Below are positions 37,376 through 49,728 of a stretch of DNA of 64,000 bases, one piece after another (within the stretch, counting starts at the first letter, position 1; each line of letters opens with the position of its first letter). The notes beneath the pieces are model-generated. The model worked only from the letters and a program-made list of their open reading frames with translations. It was not told the DNA's origin and searched no databases. A program made the position numbers and the translations under genes. Origin of the DNA: Basidiobolus meristosporus CBS 931.73 (lineage: Eukaryota; Fungi; Basidiobolomycota); NCBI GenBank assembly GCA_002104905.1, contig MCFE01000432.1:11947-75946 (forward strand), read 5' to 3'.

Positions 37376-37843
37376 CTAAGGCTTGTTCAATTCCTTCCAC
37401 AATGCATACACCTCAATGGCGTCTTTTCTAGGTTCGCTAACCATAGGGAGACGACGTTGATCAATTGGCTTCTTGTATTCGTCGTAGAAGGTGGCCAACT
37501 CGAAGTACTTTCTGTCATCCGTATAGTAATCGGCATATTCCTCACGGGTGGTCAAGTAGATAACCTTCTTTGGGCTGCAGTAGTAAAGAGAACCCAGACA
37601 CATAGGGCATGGGCCAGCAAGAATATAGATCTCACAATCGGTCAAGTGCTCAGTCTTGAGTTTCATGCAAGCTTGTCTCACGGCAAGAATCTCAGCATGA
37701 GCAGTGGGGTCGCTAGTTTGGGCGACGAGATTTGGGCTCTCTGCGACGATTTCGCCGTTTTGCACAATTACACAGGCAAAAGGACGTCCTCCGTTTCTGA
37801 CGTTCTCTTTGGCAAGCTCGATGGTACGGTCGGCGAAATTCAT
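37376..37843 (-). CDS. Zn-dependent nucleoside/guanine deaminase (CDA fold, bacterial GuaD-like), intronless
   Basis: GGRPFACVIV, DPTAHAEILA (HAE) and PCPMC motifs in a 155-aa ORF. Confidence 0.9.
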   Translation of the reverse strand: MNFADRTIELAKENVRNGGRPFACVIVQNGEIVAESPNLVAQTSDPTAHAEILAVRQACMKLKTEHLTDCEIYILAGPCPMCLGSLYYCSPKKVIYLTTREEYADYYTDDRKYFELATFYDEYKKPIDQRRLPMVSEPRKDAIEVYALWKELNKP

Positions 37844-38536
37844 ATTAGCTTTTTATGAGGTTAGAGCGTTCCAAAATACGGGGCTTATATGTTAACTTCG
37901 TTTAGTCCTTTGGGGAGACAAGTGACACGATGACTAATTGTAGGGTAGATTCCAACTCACGCGTAGCATCTGAACCGTATTCAATTCGAGAACATCAACG
38001 AATCATAGGTTTTGATCGACTTTGATAATCTTGGTGGCTACTGAAATATCAAGATCTCGAGTCTAACCTATGAATGAGTGTCTATTTTGAGTGTGGTTGG
38101 AAGGCCTACAAAACGGACAAGGGTAAAATATTTTCCCATCTTCGGGATAATCAAAATACTTATTCGGAAAGGTTAATATATGCATTTTGTATAAACAAAA
38201 CCTAATTTACTATCCCTTCTCGAATTTGCAAAATGCATATTCCAAAGCATCAGAATAAACCATTTGACTAAAGAAAACCTAATCGGAGGTGCTTATTAAT
38301 ATGGGAGACTTGTGTTATCATCATTGATAGAGTAATGGGGAATCATTGGATGACTTCATTAAAAACTTCCATTTCTGGCAATTGGAGTTGCTAAGAATTT
38401 CCAGGAAGGGCGCGGGTGAAGCAGTTTGTCCACCTCCGCTTCTATGTCCGTTATGGTGACCCGTCTCAATATGTATAAATACGCAACAGCCTATTTAGAG
38501 TTTTATGAAAAAAACCCACCTACTTTATCACAACAA

Positions 38537-41500
38537 ATGGGTTTGAATACAGATAGCGAACTTGACAACCTGCCGTGGCATTCTCTAGATCTTGAGTCGG
38601 TGATACGGGAGCTTCATACAAACACAGAAACCGGATTACAGAGTTTAGACATTTCCGACAAGCTGAGCCAATATGGTCACAATGAATTAAGCGGTGCTGG
38701 TAGCATAAAGTGGTATACTCTACTATCATATCAACTCAAGGATGCGATCAATTACATCCTTCTTGCTGTCACGGTATGGAGGTTCAATCAACATGATTAC
38801 GGCGTTTCCTAATCCCGATTTCGCTTGTAGGTCCTGTCTTTTGTACAGAAGGATTACATCTCCGGCTCCCTGGTTCTTGCCATCACATTGCTCAATATAT
38901 TCCTAAGTGCACAACAGGTATTCAAAGCGGAACAGACGATGAAAGCCTTACGTGGAATGTCCTCACCCTCTGCTCGTGTTCTACGGGATGGGGAAGAATT
39001 GGTGATCAGCAGTCGGGACATAGTCCCCGGAGATGTCCTTCTCATCCAAGAAGGCGACTCAATCGCTGCCGACATTCGACTTTTCTACGTATCTAACTTT
39101 GAGGTCGATGAGGCATTACTGACAGGAGAATCCGAGCACGTCAGCAAAAAGTTCGTTTATTTCGGATTAGGTTTTCATTGACCGATTCTAACCCGGTTCG
39201 TTTTAAAGACTAGACCTTCTTGATAAAGAAGATATACCCTTAGGCGATCGTAGTAACATGGCCTACTCTTCAACCATTGCCTCCAAAGGGCGTGCCAAAG
39301 GAATCGTTATCGCTACCGGTATGAGGAGCGAGATCGGAAAAATCGCACAAACAATTTCTGAATCCGGGAATGGCGGACAAACAAAATTACAGAGAAGGTA
39401 ACCAATTGTAGATCCATTGCCCTTGTCAATTCCTAACAATATTCCCGTTGTATAGTTTAAACTATATGGCATTATTTTTACTACTCTGCGCGCTGATTGT
39501 TGCTGTTATTGTGATGGCCATCAGTAAATTTGAGCTAACGTAAGATTCCTGTTTGCTGCATTGAATGTCTTCTATGTACTCAACCATGCTCCTAACTAGT
39601 TATGACATTGGAATGTACGCTATGACTGCTGGTCTTTGTGCAGTTCCTGCTGGATTGACAACAGTGGTCACTGTCACTTTCGTAATTGGCGGTAAAGAGA
39701 TGATCAAGCAGAAGGCCATTGTTCGTAAGCTGAACTCCCTCGAGACATTGGGCAGTGTAACCAACATTTGCTCAGACAAGGTTAGCTGCCCAGAAAAGAG
39801 TCTGCCTTCCGTCACCCTTTCTTACCTTATTTCTATCCACAAAGACTGGTACCTTGACGCAAGCACAAATGGTTTTGGTTCAGTTTTGGGTTTTCAAAGA
39901 TGGCTATTACTCTGTAACCTCGAAAGGAATCGAGCCTGAAGGAGAGGTATACCGTTTAGGTTCTTCGGCGGAATCCGATGGCGACGTTGCAGAGAAGCAG
40001 GACCCCGTTGACAAAGCTCAATTATCTGAAGATATGAAGAAGTTTGTGAGCTGCGCGGCTCTTTGCAACATGTCGGGTATTCGCAAGAACCAATCGGATG
40101 AGTGGATTGCCAGTGGGAATCCAACTGAAGTTGCTCTTCAGGTGTTCGCTCACAAGTTCGCCATGGGAAAACCAGATTTGGAGGAGCAGAATTATGAGCT
40201 TCTATTCGAGTATCAGTTCGACTCATCAATCAAGAGAATGTCGGTCGTATATCGGCTTAGAGATACAGAGAAGTTGATTATGTTCACCAAGGGAGCCACC
40301 GAAAGAATCATTTCCCTCTGCCAAAATATCGAGGATGACAAAGAAATTTTGCAGAAAGTGGATATTTTGGCTTCGAAAGGCTTAGTAAGTTGTTTGTTTG
40401 TTTGTTAAGTTTGATATTCTGACTGACCCGTTTTTAGCGTGTCTTAACATTGGCATACAAGACTCTCGACCTAAACCCAGAGGATGTGCAGAACTCAAGC
40501 AGAGAGGATTTGGAGAAAAATCTGAACTTCTTGGGGCTAGTTGGTATTTATGGTATTTGGTGGCCACTACATCTTATGATGTGCGTTATGACTCAACTCT
40601 AGTAACATAGATCCCCCGAGACCGGAGAGTCGTCGTGCAGTACAAGAAGCTTATGGTGCTGGGATCATGGTGCATATGCTTACTGGTGATCATGAGGAGA
40701 CTGCCACTGCCATTGCAAAGGAGGTTGGGATTTTGAAGTCAAGCTTCTCCGATGAGAAGATCAAAAATTCCGTCATCACCGGGCCCCGTTTTGATTCCAT
40801 GACTGAAGAAGACCTGGACAAATTGGATCAGTTGCCGCTCGTCATTGCTAGATGCTCCCCTGACACGAAGGTCAAGATGATTCGGGCTTTGCATCGCAGA
40901 CATCTAGTGGTAGCCATGACTGGTGACGGTGTGAATGGTTAGTATTGCTATTTCTGCTCAGAAAGGTTTCCGTCTTAACTCAAGATATACTTTGCTAGAT
41001 TCACCATCACTCAAGATCGCTGATGTTGGTATTGCGATGGGAATGAATGGATCAGATGTTGCCAAGCAAGCTTCAGATATTATTTTAACCGACGACAACT
41101 TCGCCACCATCATCCGCGCCATTGGCGAGGGCCGTCGTATATACCAGAACACCCTGAAGTTCTTACTCTACTACCTGATCAGTAAGTTGCATATCGGGAG
41201 TGTTGGCTTGTGTATCCATATTAAATGAATTGTTCTACGTAGGTATCTTAGCACTTATCATCTTGTTGCTGGCGGTCCTTGGATTCAAGGATCCGGCTGG
41301 CCAAGTGGTGTATCCCTTGAGTCCCATTCAGATTCTTTTCATGTTCTTCGCTATCACTCCTCCAGCCGCCGAACTTGGAGTCCAGGAGCCTAGCAAGACC
41401 ATTATGAACGAGCATCCGAGATCTCCAAAGAAGAGTATCTTTTCCTTTGAAATAATACTCGACACGTTTGTTTATGGAGTCGCTTTGGGTGTATTCTTTG

Positions 41501-42021
41501 TAGCAGCATTCAGCATTGTCCTTGTTGGAAAGGGGGATGGCGTGCAAGCCTTGAACTGCAACTCTGAATACAGTGCTGGTTGCGAGACCCTCTATCGTGC
41601 CCGTAGTACTGTTTTGGTGATTCTTATTCTGCTACTCAACATGCAGGCTATAAACAATCGGAGCTTCCGCGACGCCGAATGGTCTCTCTCTGGGCTCAAG
41701 AAAACCCTGAAATCCAAAGTTCTTCTTTGGACATTTGCGATTGACCTCATCTTGTTGATCGTCTTTATATATGTTCCTCAGTAAGTTGATTGTGATAGAT
41801 GGTTATGTGGGATGTATCTAACCATTCCAACCCATAGGGTCAATACCGTTGGATTCAAACAATACAATATTGACTGGGAATGGGGCTTAATTGCTGCCTC
41901 GATTGTGTTGTACATTGGTTTCTCAGAACTCTACAAGTACGCCAAGCGGAAAATGATGAGACCGGTGGTGATCCCGTTCAACAAAGAAGCAGTTCTCTCA
42001 GAGAAAGCATTTGTAAACTAA
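38537..42021 (+). CDS. ENA: P-type ATPase, ENA (P2D, Na+/K+ efflux)-like, multi-exon; start approximate
   Basis: VPGD, DEALLTGES, ICSDK|TGTLTQ (split by intron), KGATE, DPPR, MLTGDH, ARCSPDTKV, TGDGVN|DSPSL. Confidence 0.88.
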
Positions 42022-43416
42022 TCTCATTACTAGAACCACACACACATATATATATTCCACCCACGCATTTCACTATTAAAATAAATCGAAGTATCTTCGA
42101 CTATATGCCATCGGGTATTAACCGCTGTGACATAGTTTACTGAAGTAGTCGCAAAAGATCCTTGTATTACCTGTATCCAGTTGGCCCTGTATCCAGTTGG
42201 TACCATTGCACGGGAAAAATAGTGTTGGTGGCTTTGAATCCTATATGTTTCCTAACTTGAAATTTCCCTTAGAATCTATGTATTACTGATCACCGAGAAT
42301 AAGTTCAAAATCTGAAGTAGTCGCTGGATCCTGATTTAAACAAGAGGAAGCACGGTTAGACATATTACAAAGTGATAGGTTTGATGAAAATACTTCCATC
42401 AGAATCATGGCTGTTTCACGGCGATTCGTATCACTATAGTTGGTACATATGGCGGGGGTAATGTCTAATATGGAAGGTGAAAGTGGTGCCAAGGTACGAT
42501 TAAGTATTCCTCTCCAGTAGCTGCAGCGTATATTATGTGACTCTCCAGTAGAGCTATGCATGAGGCGTGGAACGCGTCTGTTAATATTACCTTCATTTAT
42601 GTATGTAGTCATCAAAGGGCATAATCCTATTTTTGCAAGAGCATGCTAGTTTACATTAAGGTTGACTCACCAACTTCATGATAGGCTACTCACACTACAC
42701 TCACCCGTATGCCGGTCATCGTACTGTTCCAACGTATTACAGTAAGCATGCGTGTCTTCAAAATGCTTTGGCTAAATCTTCCTCATACGCAATCAAGCTC
42801 AGCACGCCATTCGTAACCACATAGATTGATGCAACTGAACAGCCAGTTCGATTTCGAAGTCCGAACAGTGATGGTTTTCGGCTGCATAGTCGAGTAACTG
42901 TTTCGGCCTATATTTGAATATGTTTCGTACTCCAACTGTCTTCTTTCGAATGTTCGTTCTTTTGATGGTTGCGACGCCACATAAAATGAGCGATTGGCTA
43001 CTGTTGATATGGTAGAAGATATCGGTAAATGCATCGATGCATATTCATAATTTGATTCAGTAACCAACAACGTTGCCTATGTTTCGATCGAAAAATGCCA
43101 ACCACGGACCCAGTTGGCCAAGTGTCACCCAAGGAGCCATCAAATCACTTCAAATGTTGCTAAATTCGCAGCCATACTATCGAGTACATTTCAGCGCCAC
43201 ATTGTCACTCACGTTTGCTTCAGTAAAGTGAGAACTGCCTCTCGAGTCAAACCACATCCTACTGATGCTGATGATTTCTGCTAGATTCAGGGCGATCGTT
43301 GCAACGTGTTGATTGGGCTATAGATGGCGTTCCTTAAGGAGGCTTCAGTGATGGACGTTAGCAAGTATTTAATGGGGTGAGCTGCCGTTACATTCTATCA
43401 TATACAAAAACCAACA

Positions 43417-46400
43417 ATGAGACATACTCTAGGTCAAGCAGAACTAAAGCAATTGTTAGCAGCTTTTGAGCCACAGTTCCCCATGTTGCCCATTGTGCTC
43501 GCTTCGAATATGTGCATATTAGTCTACCGATACACAGATACCGAAGTGGCCACTCTGCATTTTTCAAATTCCGGATCTCAAGATGGGCCGTGGAAAGTCG
43601 CGGTCGCTTTACGACCCGAAATGTCCGTCAGTGAGCTCCTAAACATAGTTGGAGAGAAAGTGAAGACATCCCGTAATGGTAAAATGCCAACAATCGTAGG
43701 CTTGAGCATAAGCTTGTACGATTCTACTTCTGAAATGATTATGAGCGTTGGCTCAATCGAAGATCCCCATGGACAGGTGATCAGTATATTGGATGTTAAC
43801 GATTCCGTCGCAAGCAACAGCAGTGTGCGAGCTAATATACTGAGTCACTGGAGTACTCTACTGAAAAGCTTTTCCGACTATCCTGATGAACCTATATCCA
43901 GAGTTAATATGCTCTCTTCCACAGAAATGGCCCTTTTAACCTCATCAGCCTGGTCATCCACTCCACCAGTTACTATCGCCCAGATCCCATCTCACCAGAA
44001 TGTATCATCTGACGAGATGTTTCTGCACACTATATTCGAGAATACTGCCAAAATGTATCCTAGTCGCATAGCCATACTGTACGAGGATTCAGCAGGGAAA
44101 GAGAGAGCCTATACTTACCAAGACGTGGAGAATTCCTCATCACTCTTGGCCAAACATCTTTACGATAACTACGATACCGGGCCAGGCAGGTTCATCGGTC
44201 TCATGATGCCCCAGATGCCTGAGGCATACATTGCGATGCTCGCTATTCTCAAAACCGGATCAGCCTACGTCCCAATAGACCCAAGCTATCCCGTAGATCG
44301 CATCGAGTATATACTTGAGGACTCTCGAGCGGAACTGCTATTGTCCAAGAAAGCAATCGCCAAACATCAAATATCATGGCCAACATTCTTTCTCGATGAT
44401 TGGCTAGATCCCATGCGATCCAACTCGCTTGGCTGTGGACAGTTCTCTTCTGGATTGCTGAAGGTAATGGATGTCGCTTATATGATATATACGAGTGGAA
44501 CAACTGGCCGGCCAAAAGGTAGATTCATTCTTTTAGCCAGGTTTGATCTCATTGCTAAGGCCAAATACTCTCCATAGGGGTTGTTGTCGAGCATCGGAAT
44601 GTAGTCAGCTTGATTAAGGCTGAGTATCTAATCTTCAATTTAACCGATGAAGATCGAGTCTATCAGCAGTTTTCAATAGCATTTGATGCTTCCATTGAAG
44701 AGATATGGCTACCATTCATGGTTGGTGGGGCACTTGTTCCCGCTACTCAGAAACCAGGGCCGGGCCTCTCGGATATCCTGGAAGCCAAAGGCGTGACTGT
44801 TCTAAGTTGTGTGCCGACTCTGTTGACCATGTTGTCGGAAGATGAGAAGTTGCAAAGTCTTCGTTTGCTGATTCTTGGTGGAGAGGCTTGTTCGAAGTTC
44901 TTGGTGGAGCGCTTTGGTTCTAGATGTCGAATGGTGAATAGCTATGGTCCAACTGAAGCAACTGTAAGTGCCTCTACGTATTGCTTCAAAAAGCCATTTC
45001 ATAACCAGTTATATTAGGTCATAGCAACATGGAAAGCCTGCTGCCCGCAAGACACTATTGTAACCATTGGACGTCCGGTGCCGGGATATTCAGCATTCAT
45101 CTTGTCAGAGCACGATCAGCTCCAACCTATTGGCATTGCGGGAGAGCTGGTTATCGGGGGTCCAGGCGTTACACGAGGCTACCATAATCAGCCTGACCTA
45201 ACTAAGAAAAAGTTTATTCAAAACAAACTACTGGACCCCGAAGGTCAGTTGTACAAAACAGGCGACCTGGCTCGCTTTACCCCGAACGGGGAAATTGAGT
45301 ACCTAGGGCGAATTGATACACAAGTAAAGCTACGCGGATACAGAATTGAGCTCTCTGAGGTGAATCTTCAAATTGGACATGACGAAGTAACAGCTTGCTA
45401 AAACCTCTCTCTAGGTGGAATCGGCCCTTCAGCGCTTCAAAGATATACAGGCTGCTGTAGTCGATGTCTATGTAGACTCTTTCAATGTGGAGCATTTGGT
45501 GGCGTACATCACGCTCAGTGGTGATATCACTCATTTGAATAGCCAAGCCATCAAGGAAGACCTCCTGAAAACCATGCCTTACTTCATGGTTCCATCCATA
45601 TTTCAAATTGTACAAGAGCTGCCAACACTACCAAGTGGTAAGATTGATCGTAAGAGCTTGCCAAAGGTGACTGTCGATATCCTGATGGCCAAAGAAGATG
45701 ACTCAAAGGTCACAATTGCTCCGAGAACTCCGATGGAGACAATGCTGGTGGAAATCTGGTCACGCTATTTTACGGGAAAACCCGTGTCAGTGTCGGACAA
45801 TTTTTTTGACCTTGGAGGTCATTCTCTCTTGGCCGCAATGCTTGTCACGGAGTTACGTCAATACGAGAACACGAAAGGAGTATCAATGGGACACATCTAC
45901 CAATATGCGGTGTTGGAGCATCTAGCAAGCTTCATCGACTCCTGCTTCGGTTCAAGCGACAACATAGCGCTACAAATCCACGAAAAATCCCCTAAGAGCA
46001 GCGAAGTGGATCAGGAAAGGGATATTGAGAAGTTGAGTAACTTGGATAGAGCTGACTTCCCTCCTATACCGGGCTATCTCCAATCTACCGGGCTTTTGAT
46101 TTGTCAGTTTGCTGCGATCTTTACTGTCTATCTAATTTCCACGCTGCCGACATCATTGCTGTACTTACTGTACAAGTTTACCGATGCGCCCTTCGCAGGG
46201 TTAACCCTGTTCTTTGCTTTAGACTTCTGCTGGATGCCGCTGATCGCGGTATGTGTCAAATGGGTATTGATCGGCAGGTATCGACCGGGCAAGTGGCCTG
46301 TCTGGGGGTACTACTATTGGCGCTGGTGGGTTGTACATTCCGTTACAAGAGGGCTGAAATTATACCTCTTCGAAGGGTCTCCGCTTCTCAACGTATTTTA

Positions 46401-48590
46401 TAAGCTTATGGGCGCAAATATCGATATGACAGCCTACATTGGGTCGCGGTATATAAGCTGTTTCGACCTCCTCACAATTGACGCCAACGCATCCATAGGC
46501 TTGAATTCATATCTCAATGGCTACAAGGTTGAAAGTGGATGGCTAATAGTAGGCTCTGGTATTCATGTACATTCTGGCGCACGAGTCGGCAACAAGGCAA
46601 CACTAGGCCTGAGCTGCGAAATTCACAATGGGGCCAACCTGGACGATTTGTCGGTGCTTCAAGATGAGCAGGTGATATTAGAAAACGAGCGTTGGGCTGG
46701 ATCTCCAGCAAAGTTGGTGGAAATTCCAGCCGAGAGAGATGAAGAAATTTCCGCCTCTTGTGGCACAATATGGCTGTTTTGCACACTACACCTCATAATT
46801 GCCACGCTGGTCAACGCGATCTTTGGATTGCTGGCTTCACTTACGGGTATGTATTTCTGAAGAGTGGGTTTAGGCTCAGGCAACTCAATATCTCCTTAGG
46901 AATCATTGTTCTGGGAGTGATCCCTATTTTGCTGCCCACAACCAATCCATATATCACGGTCATGGTCGCTAGTCCGGTTGTGGCTATCACAGCAATGCTT
47001 TTGTTCTGTCTAGGGATAGCTTTGCTTAAGTTAATAGTGCTTCCCAAGATCACGCCCGGAAAATATGGACTCCGAAGTATTTTCTACTTGCGTAAATGGT
47101 ATACACACATATATAGCTATGACCCCGGATACACATATATATAGCTGTGGCCACGGATCTAGCGCAGAGTTGGGTGCCATACTGACATCTTGATTCTAGG
47201 TGCTTAGACCTCTTGATGCATATCTCTCTTGAAATGGTGAACTCAGTCTACGGAACGCTATACGCACCACACTGGCTTCGTACTCTTGGTGCAAAAATTG
47301 GCAAAACTTCGGAGGTCTCCACCGTCGCCTACATATCTCCCAATTTATTAAGGATAGGAAATGGCTGTTTCTTGGCCGATTCTGTCGTGGTTGGACCCCC
47401 GCATATCCATCACGGAAAAATCTCGCTTGATTATGCTACGATAGAGGAGCGGTCCTTCATTGGGAATGGTGCGCTCTTCCCTGCTGGTGTAAAGATGGGT
47501 AGGGATCAGAAACTCTTGTCCAGTGGCAGTGTATTGAGCTAACAAGTCACAATACAGGAAAGGATAGCCTTCTAGGTGTACTATCGACACCAGATTATGA
47601 TGTGAGAGCATTGGCCGATAATACCTCATGGCTTGGTTCCCCGGCGATTTTCCTTCCTAATAGGCAAAAGGCTACTACAAATTGGCCCAAGGAACGTACC
47701 TACGCTCCTACCAAATGGTTGTATCTAGCTCGTTATCTAGTGGAATTCTGGCGAGTATTCTTACCAAATATGGTGAACATTACTTCATACGTCCTTGTGG
47801 CAGTGATATTGGAAATCCTCTATGAAGGGACCTCCGATCGCAATATTCTTCAAGTTGAAGATGTCTTCAATTTGACCAATGGAATATTTACAAATCTGTC
47901 ACGCGGTGCACTGATTGGCTCATTTCTATTTGTATACCTGGCCGTGTTTTGGGTGGTGGCATTAGGCGCATGCTGCTTTGTTCTGATCATGAAGTGGCTT
48001 CTGGTAGGGACGTATAGGAAGCGTGAAGCGCCCCTTTGGAGCTCTTTCGTGTGGAGGCAAGTTAATGTTTTGACTCCTTGGTTGGCAGGTCTACTAACCA
48101 TGTGCTAGGACTGAGCTAAGTACAGCACTGCAGGAAGGGATCGCCGACAAACAGTTAATACAAAACCTGTGTGGCACCCCTTTAGTATGCGCGTGGTTCC
48201 GATTGCTAGGAAGCAAAATCGGAAAACGTGTGTGGATGGATACATTGCAAATCACCGAGGCCGATTTAATCCACATAGAAGATGATGTCAGCATTGGTGC
48301 TGACACTATTCTCCAGGTAGATTTTGCTGATTGTTTTCCCACCACAATCCCACCTGATACACCACACTAACCCTCCTCACATGTAGACACATCTCTTCGA
48401 GGATCGTATCATGAAAATGGACGCATTGTTCATTGGCTGTTGTTCCAATATTGATGCGATGTCAGTGATTCTATACAGCGCCACCTTAGAGGAGAACGTC
48501 TCCATTGGCTCGCTCTCATTGGTAATGAAGGGTGAGACTTTGCCGGCACACTCAAGGTGGAATGGGATCCCATTGAGGCATGAGAAGTAA
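43417..48590 (+). CDS. Pls/PosA-family membrane NRPS (epsilon-poly-L-lysine synthetase-like): remnant C half-domain, A, T, then three TM/hexapeptide-repeat modules; about 8 introns
   Basis: A-domain cores YTSGTTGRPKG, FDASIEEIW, NSYGPTEAT, YKTGDL, GRIDTQVKLRGYRIE, LPSGKIDR; T domain FFDLGGHSLLA; Pls-type blocks GRYRPGKWPVWGYYYWRWW, LRTLGAKIG, GAKIGKRVW-like, THLFEDRIMK, RWNGIP; stop TAA 48588-48590. Confidence 0.9.
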
Positions 48591-48929
48591 ATCCTCAATT
48601 TTACTTCAATATCATTATTGCATTGTAACCACTCTTATTTATAAATAAACTCAACTATATTTACCAGGTAACATCCTGAAGTGCTATTGCCATTGGCAAG
48701 AAGTTGCAGTGCCAGTTGAGAAACACCAGAAGGCATGGTAGTCAGCTTACCAGATTATGACTTTTTATAATTATGGTAGTGGCAGTTGCGCACCAATTAT
48801 CAGAAGTCGCGACAGATTGTAATAAAGTAATGCATTGGCTATACATCTCAGGAAGTTACAATTCCATCTAACCCGTCATCGCTAAATATATAATTATTGA
48901 GCCATAATAATATCTCATCATATTGGTGA

Positions 48930-49728
48930 AGCTTGGAGGATGGGCGGTGACAATCACCAACAGGCATAAACATTTTGACAATAACTCCATGTAATGAAGC
49001 CTGGTACTATATGGGTAGCATTTTTACAAGTGGATCAAATGGTTCAAGAGGAGTCAAACACAGTTGAGTGGTACTGGAGGGATAACTAAAGGAAGTAGTG
49101 CCATATTAACTATTGCAACAAAGTTGGACAAGCATGAGTTAGAAGAAAGTAAGAATGGGTTGAGGGAAAAGTCACCAGTATGGTGAGATATCAATTGGGG
49201 GTGTGTGACAGTCACCAACAGGTGAGATCTTGATTTCAATAGCTCAATATATAGGAGCCATATGCTACATGGGTTGCTCTTTTACAAATGAATGAGGCAA
49301 AAGGATATTCTGTGAAAGCTTGTAAGAAATGTCACTAAGTTCAGGAGGAGTTAAAATAGAATTAAGAGGTACTGGAGGGTTAGCTCAAGGGAGTAGTCTT
49401 GATAAAGATTGGTATTTGCACATAAATATTCACCTACCTTAGTCACTTAGATTATTATTCACAAATCTTAGAGAATTCTGACCAAATTACTTGTTGCAAT
49501 TTACTTAAAATATTTTCACCAAACCATCTTTGGGTAAGGGGGGGGGAGGCAGCCACCAACAGGTGAAATCTTTATTTCAGTTGAAACAACAAGGCTAGCA
49601 CTACTGTTGTTGCTTTGATACAAGAGTGTGTAGCTGAGGGGAATTGCTAGGTAAGTTAATAAGTAGAAATGATAGCTCTTCAGTGCTCAAGACACTGTTC
49701 AGTGGGAATGGGTTAGGGTTAGGGTTAG
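48930..49728 (-). mobile_element. Older decayed array of retroelement 3' ends, the last capped by (GGGTTA)3
   Basis: 3'-terminal motif (G)TCACC..GGTGA at ~48950, 49170, 49212 and 49550; 49541-49709 aligns by eye to 56813-56985; GGGTTAx3 at 49710-49727. Confidence 0.75.

Noticed and set aside
42283-43070. ORFs between the ENA ATPase and the Pls-like gene as possible cluster accessory genes
   Set aside because: Short, non-ATG or motif-free; nothing recognisable
19564-48590. One large biosynthetic cluster (BCAT, amino-acid transporters, MFS, deaminase, Pls-like NRPS)
   Set aside because: Spread over ~29 kb and interleaved with tropomyosin, NELF-B, H2A, HNT1 and a tRNA; no sequence evidence of co-regulation
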